Numbered from the stretch's first letter, positions 10,884-19,705 are shown. The stretch: 64,000 nucleotides of DNA from Gemmatimonadales bacterium (GCA_035623755.1 DASPSV010000012.1:3641-67640), one strand, 5' to 3'. Program-made: numbers and translations. The notes: generated by a model from the sequence alone, not told the origin.

Positions 10884-11552
10884 GTGAACCGGGCCGCGGG
10901 GCTCCTGCTCGCGCTGGTCGCGAGCGCCGGCTCCGCGGCCCGTGCCCAGGAAGTCCGCGAGCGCGCGCCGCCCGTTCCTCCGCACCTCACCATCACCCTG
11001 GCGCGCGACTCGGGGGCGCAGGTCGAGCCGCCGGTCGTGCGCGCCGAGCGCCTCCTCGACGACCGCGTGTTCGACGGGGCGCTGAGGAACGGTTTTTCCG
11101 TCCGGTTCCATTTCCGGCTCGAGCTGTGGAGGCAGGCCGCCCTGTTCGACCACCTGCAGGGGGACGTCGAGTGGGACGCCGTCGTGCGCCTCGACCCGCT
11201 CTCGGGCGAGTTCGAGCTGATCCGCACCGGCGGCGACGTCACGCACCTCACGGCGATGGACTCGGTGAGCCGGGCGCTGGCGCGGGCCTTCACCGTGGAG
11301 ATGGTACCGCCGGCCGCCGGGCCCGAGACCCGCTACTACTACCTCGCGACGCTCGACATCACGTCGCTGTCGCAGTCGGATCTCGACGAGGTGGAGCGGT
11401 GGCTGCGCGGGGACGTCGGGCCCGCCATCTCGAGCCGCGGGGGTCTCGGCGGCGCGCTGGCGGTCGGGGCCCGGCGGCTCCTGATCCGCCTGTCGGGGCT
11501 GCCGCACCGCCACCTGGAGGCGCGGACCCCCACCTTCACCGCCGGCCGCTAG
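10884..11552 (+). CDS. secreted hypothetical protein, DUF4390-like
   Basis: Signal peptide MNRAAGLLLALVASAGSAARAQ. The core FSVRFHFRLELWRQAALFDHLQGDVEWDAVVRLDPLSGEFEL resembles DUF4390 (recalled from memory, not searched). It starts 5 nt after the preceding OMP gene. Confidence 0.45.
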   Translation: MNRAAGLLLALVASAGSAARAQEVRERAPPVPPHLTITLARDSGAQVEPPVVRAERLLDDRVFDGALRNGFSVRFHFRLELWRQAALFDHLQGDVEWDAVVRLDPLSGEFELIRTGGDVTHLTAMDSVSRALARAFTVEMVPPAAGPETRYYYLATLDITSLSQSDLDEVERWLRGDVGPAISSRGGLGGALAVGARRLLIRLSGLPHRHLEARTPTFTAGR

Positions 11553-11950
11553 GTCTTGAAGCGCGCGTCGATCGCGCGCCGGATGTCCTCGAGCGACGCG
11601 CCCTGGCCGTGCATCTCGGCCGCCATCGCCGCTTCGGCGAGGCAGATGTCGCACGACGCCGCGTGCTCCGACTCGTAGCAGGTCAGCAGGGAGACGTGGC
11701 CCATGTCCTCCTTGCAGTGGCAGTAGCAGTACAGCCCGTCGAACACCTCCGGCATCGCGCGCGCCGCGGTGTAGGCACGCACCAGGCGCTCGTCCTCGCC
11801 GAAGGTCGAGGCGGGCAGCACCCGGGCGCCGGTGATCCCCGCGCGCGGGGCGGGATGCCGCCCGCCCCCGCCGCGCGTCGCCACCAGCACCACCGCCGTC
11901 GCGGCCACCGCGACGCCCGCCACCACCCAGGGCAGCTTCAGCTTGGCCAT
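11549..11950 (-). CDS. membrane-anchored Cys-rich protein (CYCxC / PCYCGC-family-like)
   Basis: N-terminal TM WVVAGVAVAATAVVLVA, then GLYCYCHCKEDMGHVSLLTCYESEHAASCDIC, a dense Cys/His cluster typical of PCYCGC-motif proteins. Confidence 0.5.
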   Translation of the reverse strand: MAKLKLPWVVAGVAVAATAVVLVATRGGGGRHPAPRAGITGARVLPASTFGEDERLVRAYTAARAMPEVFDGLYCYCHCKEDMGHVSLLTCYESEHAASCDICLAEAAMAAEMHGQGASLEDIRRAIDARFKT

Positions 11951-11969
11951 CCGTCCTCCCGGCTCCGCG

Positions 11970-12410
11970 TCACGCGTCCAGCGCGTCCGAGCGCTCCGCC
12001 AGCTCCGCGCCGCGCACCGTGCGCAGCGTCTCCAGCACGGTGTTGTCCGACTTCAGCAGCACGATGGTCGGCCGGTGGGCCGCCGCCTCCTCCGGCGTCA
12101 TCTGCGCGTAGGCGATGATGATCACCGGGTCGCCCACGTGCACCAGGCGCGCCGCGGCGCCGTTCAGGCAGATGGTCCCCGAGCGCCGCGCGCCCTCGAC
12201 CACGTAGGTCTCGAACCGCGCGCCGTTCGCCACGTCCACCACCTGGACGCGCTCGAACGGCAGGATGCCAGCCGCCTCCATCAGCGCCGCGTCGATCGTG
12301 ATGCTGCCGACGTAGTGGAGGTTCGCTTCGGTCACCGTGGCGCGGTGCAGCTTCGCCTTGCAGAGCGTGAGCAGCAATGCGGTCGTCCTCGTGGGCGGGA
12401 ACGCCCGCAA
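11970..12410 (-). CDS. panD: aspartate 1-decarboxylase
   Basis: [56 protein letters not shown] contains the self-processing G-S site (YVGSITID). The true start may be the TTG at 12377 (giving LLLTLCKAK...). Confidence 0.88.
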   Translation of the reverse strand: MRAFPPTRTTALLLTLCKAKLHRATVTEANLHYVGSITIDAALMEAAGILPFERVQVVDVANGARFETYVVEGARRSGTICLNGAAARLVHVGDPVIIIAYAQMTPEEAAAHRPTIVLLKSDNTVLETLRTVRGAELAERSDALDA

Positions 12411-12446
12411 GCTAACGACCCCGCCGGGCGGCGGGGAAGCGGCGCG

Positions 12447-13403
12447 TCAGCCTTCGGGGGCCGGCCCGCACTCCCGCAGCGCCGCTCCCATCGCGGCCGC
12501 CGACTGCCAGCGGTCGTCCGGGTTCTTGGCCAGCGCCCGGGTCACGACCTTGGCGAGCTTCGCCGGCGTGTCCGCGCGGCGCTTGCGGGCGTCGGGAATG
12601 GCGCCGCGCATGTGCATGCCGAGCACCAGCCGGTCGTCGCGGTGCTCGTAGGGCGGAGCGCCGGTGAGACACTCGTACACCACGCAGCCGACGGAGTACA
12701 GGTCGCTGCGATGGTCGATGGTCGCCTGGCCGGCGACCTGCTCCGGGCTCATGTACGCGGACGTGCCGACGGTGAAGCCGGAGCGGGTGAGCCGGGCGGC
12801 GCCGCCCGTCGCCGACTCCGCCACCGCCTTCGCGATCCCGAAGTCCATCAGCACCGCGCCCGCCGGCGAGAGCTTGATGTTGTCGGGCTTGACGTCGCGG
12901 TGCACCACGCCGAGCTCGTGGGCGTACTCGAGCGCCTCCAGCACGTCGGTGGCGCCCCGTAGCGTGTCCGCGATCGACGCCCGCCGGACCTTGTCGAGGA
13001 CCTGCCGGAGCGTCGGGCCCTCGACGTAGGACATGACGAAGTACACCAGCCACTCGTGCTCGCCGAAGTCCAGCAGCCGGCAGATCCGCGGGTGGTCGAT
13101 GCGCTGGAGCAGGCTGATCTCCCGGAGGAACCGCTCCGCCGTCAGCGAGACCGCCAGCTCGGGGTGGAGGACCTTGAGCGCCACCTGGGTCCCGGACCGG
13201 TCGCGCGCCAGGAAGATGCGCGCGGCGCCGCCGCGGGCGATCTCGCGCTCGACCGTGTAGCGATCGCCCAGCGCACTCTGGACGACGGGCAGCAGCTCGC
13301 GTGGCACAGGGACTCCCGGGCTTTCCGACGCTAAGGTTGCCGCCACCCGCCCGGGCCGCAAGGTGGCCGCTTGACTTTCCCCCGCCGGGACGGAGCTTGC
13401 CAT
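12447..13403 (-). CDS. serine/threonine protein kinase (Hanks type), kinase domain only
   Basis: Motifs GGAARIF...VALKVL, HRDVKPDNI, DFGIAK, GTSAYMSPE. The protein ends shortly after subdomain XI, with no TM or sensor domain. Confidence 0.85.
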   Translation of the reverse strand: MASSVPAGESQAATLRPGRVAATLASESPGVPVPRELLPVVQSALGDRYTVEREIARGGAARIFLARDRSGTQVALKVLHPELAVSLTAERFLREISLLQRIDHPRICRLLDFGEHEWLVYFVMSYVEGPTLRQVLDKVRRASIADTLRGATDVLEALEYAHELGVVHRDVKPDNIKLSPAGAVLMDFGIAKAVAESATGGAARLTRSGFTVGTSAYMSPEQVAGQATIDHRSDLYSVGCVVYECLTGAPPYEHRDDRLVLGMHMRGAIPDARKRRADTPAKLAKVVTRALAKNPDDRWQSAAAMGAALRECGPAPEG

Positions 13404-13405
13404 CC

Positions 13406-14083
13406 GTGCCCGCCGCCCGCCGCTTCGCCGTCATCCAGCACCTGGGCCCCGAGGGCCCCGGCCTCATCGCCGCCGTCGCCCCCGCGCACGGCGTGACGCT
13501 GGACGTCCGCCGGGTGGACCGCGGCGCGCGGGTGCCCTCGGCGGCCGAGGTCGACGGCGTCGTCGTGCTCGGCGGCACGATGGGCGTCTCCGACGCGGCC
13601 GCCTACCCCCACCTGGTCGCGGAGCAGCGGCTGCTCGCCGACGCGTGCGACCGGGGCCTGCCGGTCCTCGGCGTCTGTCTCGGCGCCCAGCTCCTCGCGG
13701 CCGCCCTCGGCGCCCGCGTGTACCAGGGGCCCGCGCCCGAGATCGGGTTCGGGGACGTGCGGCTCACGCCGGAGGGCGAGCGGGACCCCGTGCTCGGGCC
13801 CTCGGGACCCTCGCTCCCCGCGTTTCACTGGCACGGCGACACGTTCGACCTGCCGCGCGGCGCCGTCTGCCTGGCCGGCACGGCCGCGTACGCCCGGCAG
13901 GCGTTCCGCGCCGGCGCCCGGGCCTACGCGCTGCAGTTCCACGTGGAGCTGGACGCCGCCCTGGCCCGTGACTGGGCCGCCGCGCTCCCCCGCGGCGTCA
14001 ACCTGGACGAGACGCGACGCGCGGCCGTCGAAGAGACCGGCCGCGCCGTCCTGCACCGCTTCTTCGCCGGGGTGCTGCGCTAG
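13406..14083 (+). CDS. class I glutamine amidotransferase-like protein
   Basis: The GTG at 13406 is divergent from the kinase start at 13403. Nucleophile elbow LGVCLGAQLL and His/Glu pair ALQFHVEL. The upstream part of the track ORF is non-coding. Confidence 0.8.
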   Translation: MPAARRFAVIQHLGPEGPGLIAAVAPAHGVTLDVRRVDRGARVPSAAEVDGVVVLGGTMGVSDAAAYPHLVAEQRLLADACDRGLPVLGVCLGAQLLAAALGARVYQGPAPEIGFGDVRLTPEGERDPVLGPSGPSLPAFHWHGDTFDLPRGAVCLAGTAAYARQAFRAGARAYALQFHVELDAALARDWAAALPRGVNLDETRRAAVEETGRAVLHRFFAGVLR

Positions 14084-14611
14084 CTAGTGGCCGGCGGAGT
14101 CATGGTGCGCCATGCCATGGTGCATCGGCCGCCTGCCCATCGCGTCCACCTGGCTCCGCTGGGCGTCCGTCAGCAGCGCCCGCGCCTGCGCCGACGCGCG
14201 CAGCATCGCCCACATCGCGTCCCCCATCAGCCGGTGCGCGGCGTCGAAGTGCGCCCGCACCGCCGCGGTGTCCGGCGCGGCCACCTGCATCACCTGCTCC
14301 AGCTCGCCCATGTGCATCTTGGCCTGGCCGGCGGCCGCGTCGTGCGCCGCCTTGGCGGAATCGGCCAGGTTGGTGAGCAGGGTGATCTGATCGGTCGTCA
14401 GGTGGAGGGTGGTCTTCTCTCTCAGCAGGTGCTGCGGGGCGTACGCCATCGCGCGCATCATCGGCGCCATCATCGAGTCCATGCCCGGCATCATGTCGTC
14501 GTGCGACATCCCGCCCATGCCCATGCCGTGCGGCGGGGGCGCCGGGTGCTGCTGCGCCGCCAGCGGTGCCGCTGCCGCGGCGAGAACGACCAGCCACGCC
14601 GTCGTCTTCAT
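14084..14611 (-). CDS. periplasmic Spy/CpxP-family (LTxxQ) protein with Met/His-rich segments
   Basis: The ATG at 14611 gives the signal peptide MKTTAWLVVLAAAAAPLAAQ. Then HGMGMGGMSHDDMMPGMDSMMAPMMRAM, LTTDQ and LTDAQ motifs, and the C-terminal HHGMAHHDSAGH. Confidence 0.6.
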   Translation of the reverse strand: MKTTAWLVVLAAAAAPLAAQQHPAPPPHGMGMGGMSHDDMMPGMDSMMAPMMRAMAYAPQHLLREKTTLHLTTDQITLLTNLADSAKAAHDAAAGQAKMHMGELEQVMQVAAPDTAAVRAHFDAAHRLMGDAMWAMLRASAQARALLTDAQRSQVDAMGRRPMHHGMAHHDSAGH

Positions 14612-14890
14612 TGCGCCGTCTCCGTGGAAGTGAAGTGGTCTGAACGGTAGCCCTGCATGCCCGGCACTTGGTACCCCGCCCGCCGCCGACGAATCCCTTC
14701 GCGTGCGCGGGTCCCCGGAGGCCGGCCGAGCCGGCCGCCGGCCCCCCTCTCGGACCCGCCTGAAAACCTGTCGCAATCTGTCCATCCTGACTTTGTGAAT
14801 TCGGACACAAGAGATATGCTTAGTGAGGATCAACTGGCTTGGAGCATCATAAATACCTGTACCACAACATGTTAGACCATCTCAGACAGC

Positions 14891-14906
14891 TGGCATGGCC
14901 AATGCT
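14891..14906 (+). promoter_or_regulatory. sigma-54 (-24/-12) promoter of the multihaem cytochrome cluster
   Basis: TGGCATGGCCAATGCT versus the consensus TGGCAC-N5-TTGCW. GG is at 14892-93 and GC at 14904-05 (exact 12-nt offset). It sits in an unusually AT-rich stretch about 100 nt upstream of the 15007 start. Confidence 0.6.
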
Positions 14907-15006
14907 ACCACGTCCGTATGACTACCTAGGCCCAGCCACTACGGGTACGGGCGCTGAAATCCTGGGACGTGCAACGAAAACGGAACGGATGCGCGAGGAA
15001 CGGCTC

Positions 15007-16509
15007 ATGAGACATTCCCTTCGGTTCGGACACGTGGTGCTCGGGGCGGCGTTCGCCCTGGTGGCGGCGGGGTGCGTGAAGGACACCACGACGGCGCCCA
15101 CCGGGACGACGAAGCTGGCCGGGGCGGTCGTCGGGTACAGCAACCCGGCGACGAAGCTCACGACCTGCGGCAACTGCCACGTCCTCAAGCAGGCGAGCTG
15201 GATCCAGACCGGCCACTCGAACGCCTGGAAGGACCTGCAGGCCAGCGGCCACGCGAGCGCCGCCTGCAACCAGTGCCACACGACGAGCGCCTACTCGTTC
15301 GGCGGCGCGGACAGCGCGGGCTTCTTCGCCGCCACCGCCTCGAACCAGAACTACTTCCAGGACGTGCAGTGCGAGGCGTGCCACGGGGCCGGCCAGGCGC
15401 ACGTGACGACGCCCGACGAGACGCAGCCGGTCGCGTACCTCGTCTCCCGGGACACGACCAAGGGCGTGGGCTGCGGGATGTGCCACAGCGGCCCGCCGCA
15501 CAACCCGTTCTACGAGGATTGGTCGCGCGGGGCCCACAGCGTCATCGAGGCGCCGGCGATCTCGAACACCAGCGGCACCTGCCTGCAGTGTCACGAGGGC
15601 AAGACGGCGGCGATGCGGTTCGGGGCGAGCAACGTCTACGTCGAGAGCGGCACCACGACCGCGATGCAGCTCGGCTGCACGACCTGCCACGATCCGCACG
15701 GCAGCCCGAACACGCACGAGGTGCGGGCATCGATCACGGTCGCCGACACGACCAACCTGTGCATCCAGTGCCACAAGCGCCGCTCCATCCCGGACCTGAC
15801 CTCGGCCAGCGGCCCGCACTCGCCGCAGGGCCCGACGTTCCTGGGCACCTCGGGTTGGCGGCCGGCCGGCTTCACGTGGGATTCGACCAGCGTGACGACC
15901 CACTCGAACCCGTCCTCGAACCCGCAGCTGTGCGCGACCTGCCACGTCGCGACGCTCGACGTGAACAACGCGAAGGGCCAGCTGGCGTGGCACTACACCG
16001 GCCACAGCTTCTACGCGATCCCGTGCGTGGACACGGCCGGCATCGACTCGACCAATTCGTGCGACGTCTCGGTGCGCAGCTTCGCGGCGTGCGCCACCAG
16101 CGGCTGCCACGCGTCCGAGGCGGCGGCGCGCACCGTCTTCCAGTCCACCTCGAACGAGCTGCAGTTCCTCGCCGGGCTGATCTGGACCGACGTGAACGGG
16201 AACGGCAAGATCGACTCCGCGGACACGGGCCTGCTGACCAAGGTGGCGGCCACGGAGTTCAAGACCCGCAGCGCCACGGTGAACAACACCCTGCCGTACA
16301 CGGTGGCCGAGGGCGGGCGGTTCAACGTGCAGCTCATCGCCAACGATCGCTCGCACGGGGCGCACAACGCGCCGTACCTGCGGTCGCTGCTGGTCGCCAC
16401 GATCCAGGCGCTGAAGACGCAGTACGGGCTGGCGGCCCCGGCCGCCGATGAGGCGCGGGTCGCGTCGATCGCCGCCCGGTTGGGTGTCCGCATCGCCGCC
16501 ACGCGCTAG
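15007..16509 (+). CDS. lipoprotein multihaem c-type cytochrome (8 CXXCH + 1 CX4CH)
   Basis: The ATG at 15007 gives MRHSLRFGHVVLGAAFALVAAGC (lipobox LVAAGC). Haem motifs: CGNCH, CNQCH, CEACH, CGMCH, CLQCH, CTTCH, CIQCH, CATCH and CATSGCH. It also has a DVNGNGKIDSAD calcium-binding (dockerin/EF-hand-like) loop. Confidence 0.85.
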   Translation: MRHSLRFGHVVLGAAFALVAAGCVKDTTTAPTGTTKLAGAVVGYSNPATKLTTCGNCHVLKQASWIQTGHSNAWKDLQASGHASAACNQCHTTSAYSFGGADSAGFFAATASNQNYFQDVQCEACHGAGQAHVTTPDETQPVAYLVSRDTTKGVGCGMCHSGPPHNPFYEDWSRGAHSVIEAPAISNTSGTCLQCHEGKTAAMRFGASNVYVESGTTTAMQLGCTTCHDPHGSPNTHEVRASITVADTTNLCIQCHKRRSIPDLTSASGPHSPQGPTFLGTSGWRPAGFTWDSTSVTTHSNPSSNPQLCATCHVATLDVNNAKGQLAWHYTGHSFYAIPCVDTAGIDSTNSCDVSVRSFAACATSGCHASEAAARTVFQSTSNELQFLAGLIWTDVNGNGKIDSADTGLLTKVAATEFKTRSATVNNTLPYTVAEGGRFNVQLIANDRSHGAHNAPYLRSLLVATIQALKTQYGLAAPAADEARVASIAARLGVRIAATR

Positions 16510-16571
16510 TCGGGGCGGGCGGGTAGGGACCGGCGCCGGATTGCCCGGCGCACGATGCCCAGCGAAGCTTC

Positions 16572-16603
16572 AGCGGGTCGGTCCTCACGGGGGCCGACCC
16601 GCT
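16572..16603 (+). other. intercistronic stem-loop between cytochrome genes
   Basis: AGCGGGTCGG-(12 nt)-CCGACCCGCT, a 10-bp perfect stem followed by TGCTGT. It lies in the 131-nt gap between 16509 and 16641 and could be an attenuator or mRNA-processing/stability element. Confidence 0.3.
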
Positions 16604-16640
16604 TGCTGTCCGGGCACTTCGGCACGGTGATCGAGCAGGC

Positions 16641-18305
16641 ATGACGCGATACTACGAGTGGGTCCAGAGGGAGTGGCGGCGCCTGGCGCCGGCCTGGCGC
16701 ATCGGCCTGGTGGCCGGCGTCACGCTGGTGGTGGCCGCGGCATCGGTGGCCGGCTACCGGCAGTGGAACTACATGCAGCACGACAACCGCTTCTGCACGT
16801 CGTGCCACCTGATGGTCGATCCCTTCCAGCGGTTCAGCCGCAGCGCCCACGCGAAGCTCCAGTGCCACAACTGCCACGAGGGACGCATCCCCGAGCAGCT
16901 GCACCAGCTGTGGATGACGGCGGTGGAGCGCCCCACGGCCATCGGCCGCCACGCCCGCGTGCCGAACGAGGTGTGCGCCCGGTGCCACATCTCCGGGGAC
17001 TCCACCAAGTGGAAGATCATCGCGGCGACGGCGGGCCACCGGATCCACCTCGAGTCCAAGAACCCGCGGCTCGCGGGCATGCGGTGCGTGGAGTGCCACG
17101 GGGTGTCGCTGCACGAGTTCGCGCCCGTGGATCGCACCTGCGGCCAGGCGGGGTGCCACGACCACAACACCATCCACCTCGGCCGGATGGGGCAGCTCAC
17201 CGAGCTGCACTGCACCACCTGCCACAACTTCCTCGCCCAGGCGCGCACCTTCGCGGTCGACTCCCTGGGCAAGCCGCTCACGCCCGCGGCCGCCCAGTGC
17301 CTGTCGTGCCACGCGATGCAGCAGAAGATGGCGCGGATGGACATCGGCCGGGATCCGCACAACGGCGTGTGCGGGGACTGCCACAACCCGCACACCCAGA
17401 CCAAGCCGCAGGACGTCAGCTGCACCACGGCCGGGTGCCACGCCGGCTGGCAGCGCGTCAGCTTCCACGTCGGCGTGCCGCACCCCGACCGCTGCACCAC
17501 CTGCCACCAGCCTCACAGCTGGCGGGTGGAGGGCCAGAACTGCACGCGCTGCCACGCCAACATCCCGCGCGAGACGCCGTCCCGGGGCCGCCGCGTGACG
17601 CTCGGTCCACGGACCCGGCTGGAGGCGCCCACGGCCGTCGCGGATTTCGCCGCCGCGGGGCCGACGTGGCTGCCGCAGGAGCCGCTCCAGGGGCCGACGC
17701 GGCCGGCGCCGGCCGCGGGCGCGGGCGCGATGCCGCGCTTCTCCCACGGCGACCACCGCGGCCAGTCCTGTGCGGACTGCCACTCGAGCCGGCTGCGCCA
17801 CGGCGAGCTGCTGGTGCGCTCCGCGGCGGACTGCCAGCGCTGCCACCACTCCGCGCCCGAGCGCACGCAGTGCGCCGCCTGCCACGACGTGGCCGCGCTC
17901 GGCCGGGCCGTGCTGCAGCCGCTGCGCACGTTCCCGATCGCGGCCGGGCACGAAACCGTGACGCGGCGGCTCCCGTTCGAGCACCAGCGCCACGCCACCG
18001 TGCCCTGCGTGCAGTGCCACACCAACCCCGTCTCCCGCGCGCCGGACGGCGCGGACTGCGCGTCGTGCCACGCCCCGCACCACCGCGCCGCGGCGAACTG
18101 CGTCGCGTGTCACGCCGGCGCCAACGCCCTGGCCGGCCACAAGGCGGCGGACCACCCGAACTGCGCGAGCGCCGCCTGCCACGGCGCGCGCGCCGCCAAC
18201 CTGCCGGCCACCCGCGAGCTGTGCCTCGCCTGCCACACCACGCAGGCCCGGCACGTGCCCGGCAAGCCGTGCGAGCAGTGCCACAAGGTCATGGCCCGGA
18301 GCTGA
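16641..18305 (+). CDS. membrane-anchored NapC/NirT-type multihaem cytochrome extended to 20 haem motifs
   Basis: N-terminal TM (WRIGLVAGVTLVVAAASVAGY), followed by FCTSCHLM...SAHAKLQCHNCH, the NapC/NirT/CymA signature. In total 17 CXXCH plus 3 CX4CH (CGQAGCH, CTTAGCH, CASAACH), as in class III (c3/c7) cytochromes. Confidence 0.85.
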   Translation: MTRYYEWVQREWRRLAPAWRIGLVAGVTLVVAAASVAGYRQWNYMQHDNRFCTSCHLMVDPFQRFSRSAHAKLQCHNCHEGRIPEQLHQLWMTAVERPTAIGRHARVPNEVCARCHISGDSTKWKIIAATAGHRIHLESKNPRLAGMRCVECHGVSLHEFAPVDRTCGQAGCHDHNTIHLGRMGQLTELHCTTCHNFLAQARTFAVDSLGKPLTPAAAQCLSCHAMQQKMARMDIGRDPHNGVCGDCHNPHTQTKPQDVSCTTAGCHAGWQRVSFHVGVPHPDRCTTCHQPHSWRVEGQNCTRCHANIPRETPSRGRRVTLGPRTRLEAPTAVADFAAAGPTWLPQEPLQGPTRPAPAAGAGAMPRFSHGDHRGQSCADCHSSRLRHGELLVRSAADCQRCHHSAPERTQCAACHDVAALGRAVLQPLRTFPIAAGHETVTRRLPFEHQRHATVPCVQCHTNPVSRAPDGADCASCHAPHHRAAANCVACHAGANALAGHKAADHPNCASAACHGARAANLPATRELCLACHTTQARHVPGKPCEQCHKVMARS

Positions 18306-18307
18306 CG

Positions 18308-19705
18308 ATGCGCCACCGGTTCCCTCCCGTCGCCGCCGCGCTGCTCGGCCTCGCCGCCGCGCGCGCGCCCGCGCTCCGCGCCCAGCAGTTCCTGGTGCAC
18401 GGCACGACCACGTCCCAGTTCGTGCAGCTGCGGCCGATCCAGTTCGACCCCACGGCCAACTTCGACACCGGGGCCTTCGTGGCGCTGCCGGCCACCTACG
18501 CCGCGCCGTTCACCCAGGACGTCGAGCTGTCCGCCTGGGGCCTGGGGATCGACGGCCTGCGCGCGTATGCGCTGGTGCGGGGCCGCGCCGCGCTCGGCTC
18601 CGGGCTGGTGTGGCCGGAGTCCGACGAGCACTTCCAGACCCTGTACGCCTACCTCGAGCTCGAGCGCACCCACTACCTGTTGCGCGCCGGCCGCCAGCAG
18701 CGCGCGTCCGGGCTCGGGTGGTACGCCTTCGACGGGCTGACCGCGAGCTGGCGGCCGCTGGCGGCGGTGCGGATCGAGGGCTACGGCGGCCGCGGGCTGG
18801 CGCGCGCCTCGCTCGACGCCCCGAACGCCTCGGCCATCACCTCGCTCGACCCGCTCCAGCCCGACCAGGGCACCGTCCTGCTCGGCGCCTCGCTGTGGGC
18901 GGCGCCGTCGGCGCGGTCGAGCTTCTCGGCGATCTACCAGCGCGAGCTGCTGGCCAACCAGAGCGGCCTGGTGTCGGAGCGGGCCGCCTTCGACGGCCGC
19001 CTGGGCCTGGGCTCGCACCTGGTGCTCGCCGCGTCGGCCGACGCCGACGTGGCGCGGCAGCAGTGGGGCAAGGCGCGCGTCAGCGCGACGGTGCTGCTGG
19101 GCGGCGCCTCGGTCGTGCTCGAGGCGTTCCGGTACCGGCCGACGCTCGACCTCTCGACCATCTGGGGCGTGTTCTCGCCGGAGTCCCACGACGGGTACTC
19201 GGCGACACTCATCCTGGCCGCCGCGCGCGACGTGTCGCTCACCGGCGCCTTCACCTACCGGCGCTGGCAGCCGCTGAGCATCGGCTCCCCGTTCCTCGTC
19301 GACGTCGGCAACGACCAGAAGGAGGCGACGGCGGGCGTGCAGGTGCGGCAGGGCGCCTGGACCTTCGACGGCGACTACCACCTCGAGCTGGGCTTCGGCG
19401 GCGACCAGAGCGCGGGCGACCTCCACGCCGCCTGGTCGCCGGGCGGCGGCTGGCGCGCGGGCGTCTCGACCAGCGCGTTCCAGCAGACCGATCTGTTCCG
19501 CGTCTCGGGCGGCACCGTCTACGGCCTCGGCGCGGACTTCGGGACGGCGCTCGACCGCCGCGTGGCGCTCAAGGTCGACGTGACGCGCTACTTCCAGCGG
19601 CGCCAGACCGGCGCCACCGGCGTGGACTGGAACCAGACCCGCGCCTCGGTCACCTTCGACTGGACGGTCGGCGCGGACGCCGATCGCGTCGGGAGCTACC
19701 GATGA
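18308..19705 (+). CDS. predicted outer-membrane beta-barrel (porin-like partner of the cytochromes)
   Basis: The ATG at 18308 lies 2 nt after the previous stop. Signal peptide MRHRFPPVAAALLGLAAARAPALRAQQ. The protein has no cysteine and many amphipathic strand-like segments (YAYLELERTHYLL, VRIEGYGG, WTFDGDYHLELGFGG, ALKVDVTRYF, ASVTFDWTV). Confidence 0.6.
   Translation: MRHRFPPVAAALLGLAAARAPALRAQQFLVHGTTTSQFVQLRPIQFDPTANFDTGAFVALPATYAAPFTQDVELSAWGLGIDGLRAYALVRGRAALGSGLVWPESDEHFQTLYAYLELERTHYLLRAGRQQRASGLGWYAFDGLTASWRPLAAVRIEGYGGRGLARASLDAPNASAITSLDPLQPDQGTVLLGASLWAAPSARSSFSAIYQRELLANQSGLVSERAAFDGRLGLGSHLVLAASADADVARQQWGKARVSATVLLGGASVVLEAFRYRPTLDLSTIWGVFSPESHDGYSATLILAAARDVSLTGAFTYRRWQPLSIGSPFLVDVGNDQKEATAGVQVRQGAWTFDGDYHLELGFGGDQSAGDLHAAWSPGGGWRAGVSTSAFQQTDLFRVSGGTVYGLGADFGTALDRRVALKVDVTRYFQRRQTGATGVDWNQTRASVTFDWTVGADADRVGSYR

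Noticed and set aside
14839-15006. N-terminal extensions of track ORFs (14839 start of cytochrome A; 25447 start of the monohaem c; 14833 start of the Spy-like gene; 1398, 13301, 28294, 33470 and others).
   Set aside because: The extensions precede obvious signal peptides or conserved N-termini, are compositionally atypical, and in two cases contain the sigma-54 promoter or Shine-Dalgarno sequence. Internal starts were chosen instead.
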